Shown here: positions 47,854 to 56,568 of the stretch, piece by piece
Numbering within the stretch: the stretch's first letter is position 1
How the letters are laid out: every line of letters begins with the position of its first letter
Origin: Planctomycetota bacterium
Lineage (GTDB): Bacteria; Planctomycetota; B15-G4; SIAN01
Direction: 5' to 3'
Length of the DNA: 64,000 nt
Assembly: GCA_031409275.1 (NCBI GenBank)
Contig: JANNXA010000012.1
Span: 1 to 64,000, forward strand
Position numbers and translations under genes: made by a program
The notes under the pieces: model-generated
What the model saw: the letters and a program-made list of their open reading frames with translations, nothing else
Database searches by the model: none
Told to the model about the DNA's origin: nothing

Positions 47854-49077
47854 ATGTCGAACGGCGTCGGGATGGGTTGGTTCTTCAGCGGGCTGTTGAC
47901 GTCGCTGGCGTCGCTGGCGCCTGTTGCGCAAGACGCGCCACCGGCGGCACCGGCGGCACCGGCGGCCGCGGTAGTCGATCGCAATCAGGCGGCGCTCGAG
48001 GCGATTCGCGCGCAGCAGAAGGTGCCGGCGCTTGGCGCCGCGCTCTTCACCACCGACCGGCTCGAGCGCGTGTACGTCACCGGTCGACGCGCCGCCGATC
48101 AGGACGTGGCGGTCGAGCTCGACGACGCCTGGCACCTCGGTTCATGCACGAAGTCGATGACGGCGACGTTGATCGCGCTGCTGGTCGAACGCGGCGACCT
48201 GGCGTGGGAGACGCCGCTGTCGAAGCTGCTGCCCAAGATGGCGTCGAAGATGCACGCCGACTACAAGGCGTTGACGCTGGTCGAGTTGCTGGCCCATCGA
48301 GCGGGCATCGCGGCGATGACCGGCGGCGATGCGACACTCGATCGTTGCGCCGCCTTGTCGGGGAGCGCGACCGAGCAGAGGCGCGAGTTCACGCGCGCGA
48401 TCCTTTCGAGCCCGCCGGCTTCGAAGCCGTTGCGGTTGGTCTACAGCAATGCCGGGATCATGATCGCTGGCTACGTGGCGGAGGTCGCGACCGGGAAGTC
48501 GTGGGAAGAGCTGATGCAGACGCTGCTCTTCGACCCGCTCGGGATGGCGAGCGCCGGCTTCGGGCCGCCAGGCTTTCCCGACGAACTGGCGCAGCCGCGC
48601 GGGCATGACGAAGCGGGGCAGCCGATCGAGCCGGGGCCGGACGCCGACAATCCGCCGATCGTCGGCCCGGCCGGTGTCGTGCACGCCTCGCTCGCCGATT
48701 GGGCGAAGTACCTGCAGCTGCACCTGCGCGGCGTCAACGGCGACGTCAAGGTCGGAAAGGTGACGCTCTCGAAGGCGACCTTCGCGCGCCTCCATACGCC
48801 CTATCCGAAGCAGCCTGGCGATGACGAGGGAGCTGAATACGGCTACGGCTGGAGCCTCCCCAAGCGCGATTGGGCCGCGGGCGACCACACCGTCCTCACT
48901 CACACCGGCAGCAATTCGCTGTGGTTCTGCTGCTGCTGGCTCGATCCGGCCGGCGGCTTCGGCGTGATTGCGACCACGAATGGCGGCATCGCGCGCGGCA
49001 GCGAGGCCTGCGATGGCGCGGTGGGCCTATTGCTGCAGGAGCGGTTGGCGGCAGCCGCGGCGTCCGACAAGCGCTAG
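47854..49077 (+). CDS. Serine hydrolase, beta-lactamase class C-like
   Basis: SCTK (SxxK), LLAHRAG, YSN, HTGS. Confidence 0.88.
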   Translation: MSNGVGMGWFFSGLLTSLASLAPVAQDAPPAAPAAPAAAVVDRNQAALEAIRAQQKVPALGAALFTTDRLERVYVTGRRAADQDVAVELDDAWHLGSCTKSMTATLIALLVERGDLAWETPLSKLLPKMASKMHADYKALTLVELLAHRAGIAAMTGGDATLDRCAALSGSATEQRREFTRAILSSPPASKPLRLVYSNAGIMIAGYVAEVATGKSWEELMQTLLFDPLGMASAGFGPPGFPDELAQPRGHDEAGQPIEPGPDADNPPIVGPAGVVHASLADWAKYLQLHLRGVNGDVKVGKVTLSKATFARLHTPYPKQPGDDEGAEYGYGWSLPKRDWAAGDHTVLTHTGSNSLWFCCCWLDPAGGFGVIATTNGGIARGSEACDGAVGLLLQERLAAAAASDKR

Positions 49078-49128
49078 CCGTGAGCGGCGGCGCGCGCATC
49101 GAGCCGCGCGCTTGCTGCTCGCGCCGGC

Positions 49129-49479
49129 TCAGCGGGGCAGCGAGCAGTTCGAGCTCGGCCCGTCGTCACACGTTGGCGTCGCTCGTTCCGGTTCGGGCGG
49201 CGGTCGCGTGCCCCCATTGGCGACGTAGTGCGCGAAGGCGTCCGGCGCGACACTGAAGCCCAGAGGCGCCAACGTGTCGACGACGACGACGATGGCCTCG
49301 AGCGGGCAGCGCCAGCACTTCGCTTGCGTGTCGAAGCGGCGCCCCGGAAGCGCTCGGATCGTCGCCACCAGCGCCACGTCGAACGGGAAGCGGATCACGA
49401 TCGAGCGGTGACCGCCGCGATCTGCGGCTCCGCCGACCTCTTCGATCTCGATCGCGCGTCCGCTGCTGCAGGCCTTCAA
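49129..49479 (-). CDS. Small HARP-like domain protein, possibly a truncated remnant
   Basis: IRFPFDVALVATIRALPGRRFD...W..P pattern; GGAG upstream of TTG 49479. Confidence 0.45.
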   Translation of the reverse strand: MKACSSGRAIEIEEVGGAADRGGHRSIVIRFPFDVALVATIRALPGRRFDTQAKCWRCPLEAIVVVVDTLAPLGFSVAPDAFAHYVANGGTRPPPEPERATPTCDDGPSSNCSLPR

Positions 49480-49634
49480 GGTGCACTCCGCTTCGCTTCG
49501 CCGTTTCGCGGTCGGCGGCGTCATCGTCGCATCTTCGCGCCCGCCTGTCGCCTGCGCCTTGCGAGCGTTGAGGTCGCTCCGTACCGTCCCAATGCCCCGT
49601 CCGCATCGATTGCGCGCGCGGCAAGGAGCCGCCG

Positions 49635-50177
49635 GTGATCGTCGTCGAGTCGGAGCGTCTGCGCCTGCTCGAATTCACCGACGCCGACGCGCCGTTCATC
49701 TTGCGCCTGCTGAACGAGCCTTCGTTCATCCAGCGGATCGTCGACAAGCGCGTGCGCAACCTCGATCAGGCGCGGGCCTACCTCGCGTCGGGGCCGCTCG
49801 CGAGCTACGCCGAGCACGGCTTCGGCCTCTATCGCCTCGAGCGCAAGGAAGATGGCGTGACGCTCGGCATGGCGGGCCTGCTGCAGCGGGCCGCGCTCGA
49901 CCATCCCGATCTCGGTTACGCGCTGTTGCCGGAACACTGGTCGCGCGGCTACGCGCGCGAGGCAGCGGCGGCGCTCGTCGACCGCGCGGCGCAGCATTAC
50001 GGTTGGCCGCGTCTGCTCGCGCTGACGCAACCCGACCACGAGCGCTCGATCCACGTGCTCGAGACGCTTGGCTTCCGATACTCGCGCGATGTCTGGCTCG
50101 ACCCCGATCAGCCGGAACTCAAGCTCTTCACGCTCGACCTGCCTCCGCGTCGGCGTGCGCCGCCGGCCACCACGTGA
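49635..50177 (+). CDS. GNAT (RimJ/RimL-like) N-acetyltransferase
   Basis: SD AAGGAG; ESERLRL, DLGYALLPEHWSRGYAREAA, SIHVLETLGF. Confidence 0.9.
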   Translation: MIVVESERLRLLEFTDADAPFILRLLNEPSFIQRIVDKRVRNLDQARAYLASGPLASYAEHGFGLYRLERKEDGVTLGMAGLLQRAALDHPDLGYALLPEHWSRGYAREAAAALVDRAAQHYGWPRLLALTQPDHERSIHVLETLGFRYSRDVWLDPDQPELKLFTLDLPPRRRAPPATT

Positions 50178-51871
50178 GCGATTCGCCGATGCAGGAGCCC
50201 GCGTTGCCGGATGCCGCCGAAGCGACGCTCGCCTACCACGAACGCAGCAAGCATCACCCGCGCCGATTCGCGGCGTCGCTCGGCTACCTCGATTGGGAGA
50301 CGCAGCCCGATCCGTTTCGCACCTACGCCGGTGCGCCGCGCCTGGAATTGCCGCTGGCCGCCGATCGGCTGGAGGCACGCTGGCCGGCGCTGTTCGCGGC
50401 GGGCGCCGTGCCGGCGCACCCCTTCACGCTGCCGTCGATCGGCGCCTTCTTCGAACTGTCGCTCGGGCTCACTGCATGGAAGCGATCGGGCGACGCGCGT
50501 TGGGCGCTGCGTGCCAACCCGTCGAGCGGCAATCTCCATCCGACCGAGGGCTGGCTGCTGTCGCTGGAAGAGGGAGCGCTGCCGGCCGGGGCGCATCACT
50601 ACGTCTCGCGCGACCACGCGCTGGAGCGGCGAGTCTCTTTCGCGCGGCCGGCGGCGCCTTCGTGCGACCGAGGATTCGGCGTCGCGCTCACCTCGATCCA
50701 CTGGCGCGAGTCGTGGAAGTACGGCGAGCGGGCCTTTCGCTACTGCCAGCATGATGTCGGCCACGCGCTCGCGGCGCTGCGTCTCGCCGCTGCGGCGCTG
50801 GGTTGGCGGGCCCGCTTGATCGACACGCTCGGCGACGAGGTGGTGGCGCGTCTGCTCGGACTCGATCGAGACGACGACTTCACCCACCTCGACGTGCACG
50901 ACCGCGAGCACCCCGAAGCGCTGCTCTGGATCGCGACGGATGGCCGCGATGTCGATGTCGAGGCGGTGGCGGCGAGCTTGCGGACGCGCGCGGCGTCGCT
51001 CGAGGAGGCGACCTTCTCGGGTCGCGCCAACGCGCTCAGTTCCGCCCACTTCGATTGGCCGGCGATCGCGGCGGCGGCCGATGCGACGTGCTGCCCGCCG
51101 TCCCCTGCGCCGATGCAGGAGGCGAGCGCGTTCGCGCCGTTTGCGCTGCCACGCCAGTCGGTGTCGGCGCGCGCCGTCGCCGCGGTCGCCGCGACGCTGA
51201 TCCGCGCTCGACGCAGCGCAGTGGCCTTCGACCCGAAGCCGTCGCTCGCGGCGGCCGACTTCTTTGCGCTGCTCGACGCGACCCTCGCGCGGCCCGACGC
51301 AGCGCCCTTCGATGGCTGGCCCGACGCGCCGCCGCTCCACCTCGCGCTGATGGTGCACCGCGTCGAGGGCGTGGCGCCCGGGCTCTACCTGTTGGAGCGT
51401 GGCGCCAGCGAGAACGCGGAGGTGGAGCCCTCGTTGCGCGCGGCGATCGGCGGCGAGGCGGCCTGGTCGCGAGTCGCGATCGCGCCGACTCATCTGCGGC
51501 TCTTCCTGTTGCGCGAAGGCGACTTTCGCGACAGCGCGCGCATCATCAGTTGCCGTCAGGAGATCGCCGCCGACGGCGCCTTCAGCCTCGGGATGCTCTC
51601 GGCGTTCGAACCGCTCGTGCGCGCGGCACCGCACCGCTACCGACGCCTCTTCTGGAACGCCGGCTTCGTCGGCCAGCAGCTCTACCTCGCCGCCGAAGCG
51701 GCGGGCGTGCGCGCCACCGGGATCGGCTGCTACTTCGACGACCTCTTCCACGAGCTGCTCGGCCTGCGCGACCGCGCCTTCCAGAGCCTCTACCACTTCA
51801 CCGTCGGCGTTCCGATCGACGACGCGCGCCTCGGAAGCGAGCCGCCCTACGGGAGTCGCGGCGCTCCGTGA
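50174..51871 (+). CDS. SagB/ThcOx-family nitroreductase-fold protein (two domains)
   Basis: YHERSKH, LDWETQPDPFR, RANPSSGNLHPTE, WKYGERAFRY, ATGIGCYFDD; GTGA overlap with the GNAT gene. Confidence 0.88.
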   Translation: MSDSPMQEPALPDAAEATLAYHERSKHHPRRFAASLGYLDWETQPDPFRTYAGAPRLELPLAADRLEARWPALFAAGAVPAHPFTLPSIGAFFELSLGLTAWKRSGDARWALRANPSSGNLHPTEGWLLSLEEGALPAGAHHYVSRDHALERRVSFARPAAPSCDRGFGVALTSIHWRESWKYGERAFRYCQHDVGHALAALRLAAAALGWRARLIDTLGDEVVARLLGLDRDDDFTHLDVHDREHPEALLWIATDGRDVDVEAVAASLRTRAASLEEATFSGRANALSSAHFDWPAIAAAADATCCPPSPAPMQEASAFAPFALPRQSVSARAVAAVAATLIRARRSAVAFDPKPSLAAADFFALLDATLARPDAAPFDGWPDAPPLHLALMVHRVEGVAPGLYLLERGASENAEVEPSLRAAIGGEAAWSRVAIAPTHLRLFLLREGDFRDSARIISCRQEIAADGAFSLGMLSAFEPLVRAAPHRYRRLFWNAGFVGQQLYLAAEAAGVRATGIGCYFDDLFHELLGLRDRAFQSLYHFTVGVPIDDARLGSEPPYGSRGAP

Positions 51872-52860
51872 CCGGCCAGCGCGCGCTGCATCAGTAGCCG
51901 ATCGGCCAGCACCAGCGCGACCATCGCTTCGAGCACCGGGATCACGCGCGGCACGACGCACGGGTCGTGGCGGCCCGCCTTCGCGGCGGCGCCGATCGTG
52001 CTGGTCGGCTTGATCGACGCTTCGAGGACGATCGTCTCCCCGTTCGAGATGCCGCCGAGCATGCCGCCGAAGTTCGCGGCGTCGGCGACGTACTCGCTGC
52101 CGCGCAACGCCGCGCAACGAAAGCCGGCGCCGTAGGAGAAGCCGGTCACCGCGCCGACCGACAGGATCGCTTCGGCGAGCTTGCTCTTCAGCTTGGAGAA
52201 GGCTGGATCGCCGAGGTCGATCGGCGGCTGTTCGACTCGGATCTCGACGCGACCACCGGTCGAGTCGTGCTGCTCCTTCAACTGCGCGACGTAGGCGGCC
52301 ATCGCCGGCGCCACCGCGCGATCGGCGCAGCGCAGCGGGTTCTGCTCGATGAACGCGAAGTCGAAGTCGCGCGCGACGTGCGGGCCGATCTGCGTGGTGT
52401 GGGCGAGGATTCGAGTCGTCTGCGGCAGCAGCTTCCTCGCCACGACACCGCCGATCACGCGCGCCACCGTCTCGCGCCCCGAGCTGCGGCCGCCGCCGCG
52501 ATGGTCGCGATGGCCGTACTTCGAGGCGTAGGTCGCGTCGGCGTGGCCGGCGCGCGGCGCGGCGCGCAGCGCGTCGTAGTCGGCGGGGCGCGCGTCGTGG
52601 TTGTCGACCACCACGGTGATCGGCATGCCGGTGGTGCGCCCCTCGAAGAGGCCCGACAGGAGGCGCGGCGTGTCGCTTTCCTGGCGCGCGCTCGTCAGCG
52701 TCGATTGTCCCGGCCGCCGGCGGGCGAGTTCGGGCAGGAACTCCTCGACGGTCAGCGGCAGCCCGGCCGGCACGCCGTCGATCACGACGCCGAGCGCCGG
52801 TCCGTGCGACTCGCCGAAAGTGGTGATGCGGAGCAGCTCGCCGAAACTGTTGCTGGCCAT
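51847..52860 (-). CDS. aroC: Chorismate synthase
   Basis: TTFGESHG, RAGHAD, GGGRSSGRET, GGISNG, GRHDPC. Confidence 0.95.
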   Translation of the reverse strand: MASNSFGELLRITTFGESHGPALGVVIDGVPAGLPLTVEEFLPELARRRPGQSTLTSARQESDTPRLLSGLFEGRTTGMPITVVVDNHDARPADYDALRAAPRAGHADATYASKYGHRDHRGGGRSSGRETVARVIGGVVARKLLPQTTRILAHTTQIGPHVARDFDFAFIEQNPLRCADRAVAPAMAAYVAQLKEQHDSTGGRVEIRVEQPPIDLGDPAFSKLKSKLAEAILSVGAVTGFSYGAGFRCAALRGSEYVADAANFGGMLGGISNGETIVLEASIKPTSTIGAAAKAGRHDPCVVPRVIPVLEAMVALVLADRLLMQRALAGHGAPRLP

Positions 52861-52899
52861 GCGTTCATTCTGACGCGAAGGGGCGGCGAGCGGCACGCC

Positions 52900-54636
52900 T
52901 CACCAGCGCGCCTGCGCCGCAAGTGCCGCGATCGCGTCGGCGACGCGCTGCGGTGGCGTGCGGTCGGGTGGCAGCGACACCGCCGCGACCTCGCAATAAA
53001 GCGGCGCGCGGCGGGCGGCGACCTCGCCAAGCTCGGCCAGCGCTTCGGCGCCGGTCAGGCTCGGCCGCGGTGCGGCAGCGAGGCGGGCGCGCAGCGTCGG
53101 CAACGACTCCTCGAGCTGCAGGACGACGGCTTCGCGGCGCAGCAGCGTTCGATTCTCCGACGCCTCGACCACGCCGCCGCCGAGCGCGACGACGCGGCCT
53201 GGCGCCAGCAGCTCGGGCAGCAGCGCCATCTCCAGCGCGCGGAATCGTGGCCAGCCGTGCGCCGCGACGAACGGCGCGAGCGGGCCGTGGCGGCGCTCGA
53301 ACTCTGCATCGGCGTCGAGCGCGACGAGGCCCAGGCGCGCGCCAAGCTCGGCGGCGAGCGTCGACTTGCCGACGCCGCGCATGCCGACCAGCGCGATGCA
53401 GCGCGGCGCGCGGCGCGCGGCGGCGAGCTGCTCGAAGAAGCGTGGATCGCTCTTCGAGACGCACTCCGAGCCGGTGAGGGTGATGCCCGGCTGCAGCGAT
53501 GCCAGCAGCGCGAAGGCGATCGCCATGCGATGGTCGCCGGCGCAATCGAGGTTGGCCGCGTGAAGCGTCGCGCGCCCGTCGACGACGAGGCTGTCGGCAT
53601 GCGGCGTCACCGAAACGCCGGCGCGCGCAAGCTGCGCGGCGAGGACGGCGACGCGATCGCTTTCCTTGAAGCGGAGGTTCGCGGCGCCGGTGAAGCGCGT
53701 GGTGCCGTGCCTCGCGGCGGCCGCCACCGCGAGATTCATCAGCTGATCGGGCACGGCGGCCACGTCGAGCGTGCGTGGCCCGTCGCCCTCGAGGCGATCG
53801 AGCAGTGCCGGCAGCGCCGCATCGGGCTGCCGACTGTCGCTGGCAAGTCCGGGCAGTCGCACCCGGCCATGCGCCAGCCGTTCCAGCACCAGCCAGGCGC
53901 CCGCCGCGCTCCAGTCATCTTCGATTCGCAGCGTGCCGGGCGAGCGCAGCGGCTGTGGGGCGACGCGAAAGAACGGGCCGTCACGCTCGACGGTGACGCC
54001 AAAGCGTGCGAGCTCGGTGATCGTGAGCTCGACATAGGGCGCCGACGCGAGCGGCCCGTCGAGCTCGATCTCGAGGCCCCGTTCGCAGCGCGGCGCGATC
54101 AGGAGGAGCGCGGAGAGGAACTGGCTCGAGCGCGAGGGGTCGAGGCGTACGGCGCCGCCGCGCAGCGGTGCCCCGTCGACGGTGATCGGCAAGGTGGGAG
54201 CGTCTGCTGGCAGCTTCGCGCCGAGCGCACGCAACGCGTCGCACAGTTCGGCGAATGGCCGCTCGCGCAGTCTGGCGCCGCCGGTGAGGGTGAAGCGGCC
54301 AGGGGTCGTTGCCGCCAACGCGAGGAGGAAGCGCGCGGCGGCGCCCGCCTGTGCGCAGTCGAGCGTCGCCGCGGTCACTTGCACGTCGCGCGGGCCGATC
54401 GTCACTCGCTCAGGATCGGTCGGGTCGGTCGGGTCGACGCGGTAGCCCAGCGCCGCGAGGCCGTTCAGCGTCGCGACCACGTCGTCGCTGCGGGTGACGT
54501 GGTGGAGCGTCGTCGCGCCACTGTCGCTCGCCTGCGCCGCCAGGATCAGGGCACGATGGGCGATCGACTTCGAGCCGGGCAGGGCCGGCGCGAAATCGAA
54601 CGGGAGATCGAGCGGAACCGGGGCGAACTCCATCAC
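52900..54636 (-). CDS. aroA: EPSP synthase fused to C-terminal shikimate kinase (AroA-AroK)
   Basis: PGSKSIAHR, SSQFLSALL, RFKESDR, DHRMA, VSKS; then LVGMRGVGKST, LGGGVV, RPSL. Confidence 0.9.
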   Translation of the reverse strand: MMEFAPVPLDLPFDFAPALPGSKSIAHRALILAAQASDSGATTLHHVTRSDDVVATLNGLAALGYRVDPTDPTDPERVTIGPRDVQVTAATLDCAQAGAAARFLLALAATTPGRFTLTGGARLRERPFAELCDALRALGAKLPADAPTLPITVDGAPLRGGAVRLDPSRSSQFLSALLLIAPRCERGLEIELDGPLASAPYVELTITELARFGVTVERDGPFFRVAPQPLRSPGTLRIEDDWSAAGAWLVLERLAHGRVRLPGLASDSRQPDAALPALLDRLEGDGPRTLDVAAVPDQLMNLAVAAAARHGTTRFTGAANLRFKESDRVAVLAAQLARAGVSVTPHADSLVVDGRATLHAANLDCAGDHRMAIAFALLASLQPGITLTGSECVSKSDPRFFEQLAAARRAPRCIALVGMRGVGKSTLAAELGARLGLVALDADAEFERRHGPLAPFVAAHGWPRFRALEMALLPELLAPGRVVALGGGVVEASENRTLLRREAVVLQLEESLPTLRARLAAAPRPSLTGAEALAELGEVAARRAPLYCEVAAVSLPPDRTPPQRVADAIAALAAQARW

Positions 54637-54695
54637 CGCAGTATCGCTGCCGCGCGCCGATCGGCGGCACGCGCGTGGCCTTCGCCTCCGTGCCG

Positions 54696-54733
54696 AACGA
54701 AAGGAGGGGCGCGACTCATCGTCGCGCCCCTCC
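54696..54733 (-). terminator. Intrinsic terminator after the DUF2911 gene
   Basis: 13-bp stem GGAGGGGCGCGAC/GTCGCGCCCCTCC with 5-nt loop, followed by TTTCGTT on the minus strand. Confidence 0.7.
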
Positions 54734-54759
54734 CGACATCAGGCTCAGATCCGTTCAGT

Positions 54760-55338
54760 TCACTTGGCGAGGTGCGCCTTCACCGGCATGGCGAGGACGT
54801 GCTTGCCCCAGCTGATCTGGAAGGTCATCGACGCCGGATCCTTCGGATCGACGTTCAGTTCCATCGTCATCTTGTCGGCCGACTTCTCGCCCGTCGTGTG
54901 CTTCATCGCGAGCGTGTAGTCCGCCTTCCACGCGTCCTCCATGAAGGGCACCCAGCCCGCCTTGTCGGCGGTGTCCTGCTTCATGACCAGCAGGTGGAAG
55001 TTGCCTTCGGCGTCGCACTTGAGGCCGAGGTAGTAGCTGCCGGCCGCGACCGTCGTCTCGCCGATGGTCAGCTCGACGGAAGTGTTGAGCGTGGTCCAGA
55101 AGTCCTTGCCGAGGCGCAGCGACTTGCCCTTCAAGGTGCCGAGCATGCCGTCGTACTCGGCCTTCCACTCGGGCGTGCCGTGCTGCACGCAGACCATGCC
55201 GACGCAATGGTCGGTGAAGAAGATGCGGGTCGCGGCGGCGCGTGGCGCGGTGCCACCGAAGGCTTTGACCTGCGCCTGCGCCGGAACGGCCAGCGCGGCG
55301 GCGAGGAATGCGATACGGAAGAGGTTCGTGAAGGACAT
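54760..55338 (-). CDS. DUF2911-like secreted protein
   Basis: Signal peptide; RLGKDFWTTL....LTIG...VAAGSY.L; FQISWG. Confidence 0.7.
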   Translation of the reverse strand: MSFTNLFRIAFLAAALAVPAQAQVKAFGGTAPRAAATRIFFTDHCVGMVCVQHGTPEWKAEYDGMLGTLKGKSLRLGKDFWTTLNTSVELTIGETTVAAGSYYLGLKCDAEGNFHLLVMKQDTADKAGWVPFMEDAWKADYTLAMKHTTGEKSADKMTMELNVDPKDPASMTFQISWGKHVLAMPVKAHLAK

Positions 55339-55503
55339 GGGTTCTCTTTCGGGGAGGTGCCAGTTGGCACGGACGCTCGTCGCGCAACGCGCGACGAAGG
55401 GGCGGACGTGCTAGGCGGGCGGGGCGATCGGGTCAAGCGTGCGCGTGTCGCGCTCCGTGCAACCTGGCCTGGGGACGCGGGTTGAAGCAGCAGGAGAGCG
55501 ACC

Positions 55504-56568
55504 ATGGTGGCCCACCGAATCGTCTGGATGGCGCTGGCAGCGCTCGCGGCGTTTCGCCCCTTCCCCTCCGCGCTTCCCGTTGCGCAAGAGGCGGTCCCGC
55601 CGACCGCCCCGGCGGCCGCTTTTGCGCGCTGGTCCGAGCGCGGCCCGCAGGAGTTTGCGACCTTCACCGAGGAGTGGCGCGACGAGGCGCGCGAGCGCGT
55701 CGTGCCCGTGAAGTGGTGGCACCCGGTGGGAGGCGGACCGTTCCCCGTCGTGCTCTTCAGCCACGGTCTCGGCGGCACTCGGGAGTCGAGCGCCTACCTC
55801 GGCGAGCACCTCGCGAGCCACGGCTACGTCACGCTTCACCTCCAGCACGCGGGCAGCGACGAGGCGGTGTGGCGCGACGCCAAGCGACCGCTGGAGGAGA
55901 TGCGCGCCGCCGCTCGCGACCTCGAGAACCTCGTCGACCGGCCCGCCGACGTCACGTTCGCCATCGACGAGCTCACGCGCCGCACCGCGCAAGAGAGCTG
56001 GCCGCTGCAGGGCAAGCTCGACCTCGCGACGCTCGGCATCGCGGGTCACTCGTTCGGCGCCTACACCGCGTTGTGTGCCGCCGGTCGCAAGCTCGTCCCA
56101 CCCATCGGCCGGCCTCGTGTCGTCGGCGACGCGCGCGTGAAGGCGGCGCTGGCGATGAGCGCGCCGGCGAGCGAGCGTGAGCTCGCCAACGGCTCCTACG
56201 ACGACATCGTGGTGCCGTGCTTCCACATGACCGGCACCAAGGACGACAGCCCGATCGGCGACACCACCGCGGCGCAGCGGCGCATCCCGTTCGACGTCAC
56301 CGTGCATGCGCCGCGCTACCTGCTGATCCTCGACGGCGCGCAGCACCACGCGTTCGGCGACGAGCGCACCACGGGACTTCGATTGCGGCCGCGCGATCCG
56401 GCGCACCACCCGCTGATCCGCGCCGGCGCGCTCGCCTTCTTCGACGCCACGCTGCGCCACGATCCGGTGGCGCAGGCGTGGTTGGACGAAGGCGGTTACG
56501 CGCAGGCGCTTGGTGCGAAGGGCACGTTCGAGCGCCGCGACGCCGAGCCGATCACTCCCCGAAAGTGA
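55504..56568 (+). CDS. Secreted alpha/beta hydrolase (dienelactone hydrolase/PAF-AH-like)
   Basis: PVVLFSHGLGG, GHSFGA nucleophile elbow, MTGTKD, GAQH. Confidence 0.85.
   Translation: MVAHRIVWMALAALAAFRPFPSALPVAQEAVPPTAPAAAFARWSERGPQEFATFTEEWRDEARERVVPVKWWHPVGGGPFPVVLFSHGLGGTRESSAYLGEHLASHGYVTLHLQHAGSDEAVWRDAKRPLEEMRAAARDLENLVDRPADVTFAIDELTRRTAQESWPLQGKLDLATLGIAGHSFGAYTALCAAGRKLVPPIGRPRVVGDARVKAALAMSAPASERELANGSYDDIVVPCFHMTGTKDDSPIGDTTAAQRRIPFDVTVHAPRYLLILDGAQHHAFGDERTTGLRLRPRDPAHHPLIRAGALAFFDATLRHDPVAQAWLDEGGYAQALGAKGTFERRDAEPITPRK

Noticed and set aside
47941..47967. 9-bp tandem repeat CCGGCGGCA x3
   Set aside because: In-frame Pro-Ala-Ala linker after a signal peptide; unit changes would not shift the frame.
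50174..51871. SagB/ThcOx gene as part of a RiPP (azole peptide) cluster
   Set aside because: No YcaO cyclodehydratase or precursor peptide nearby; looks like the stand-alone nitroreductase-type family.
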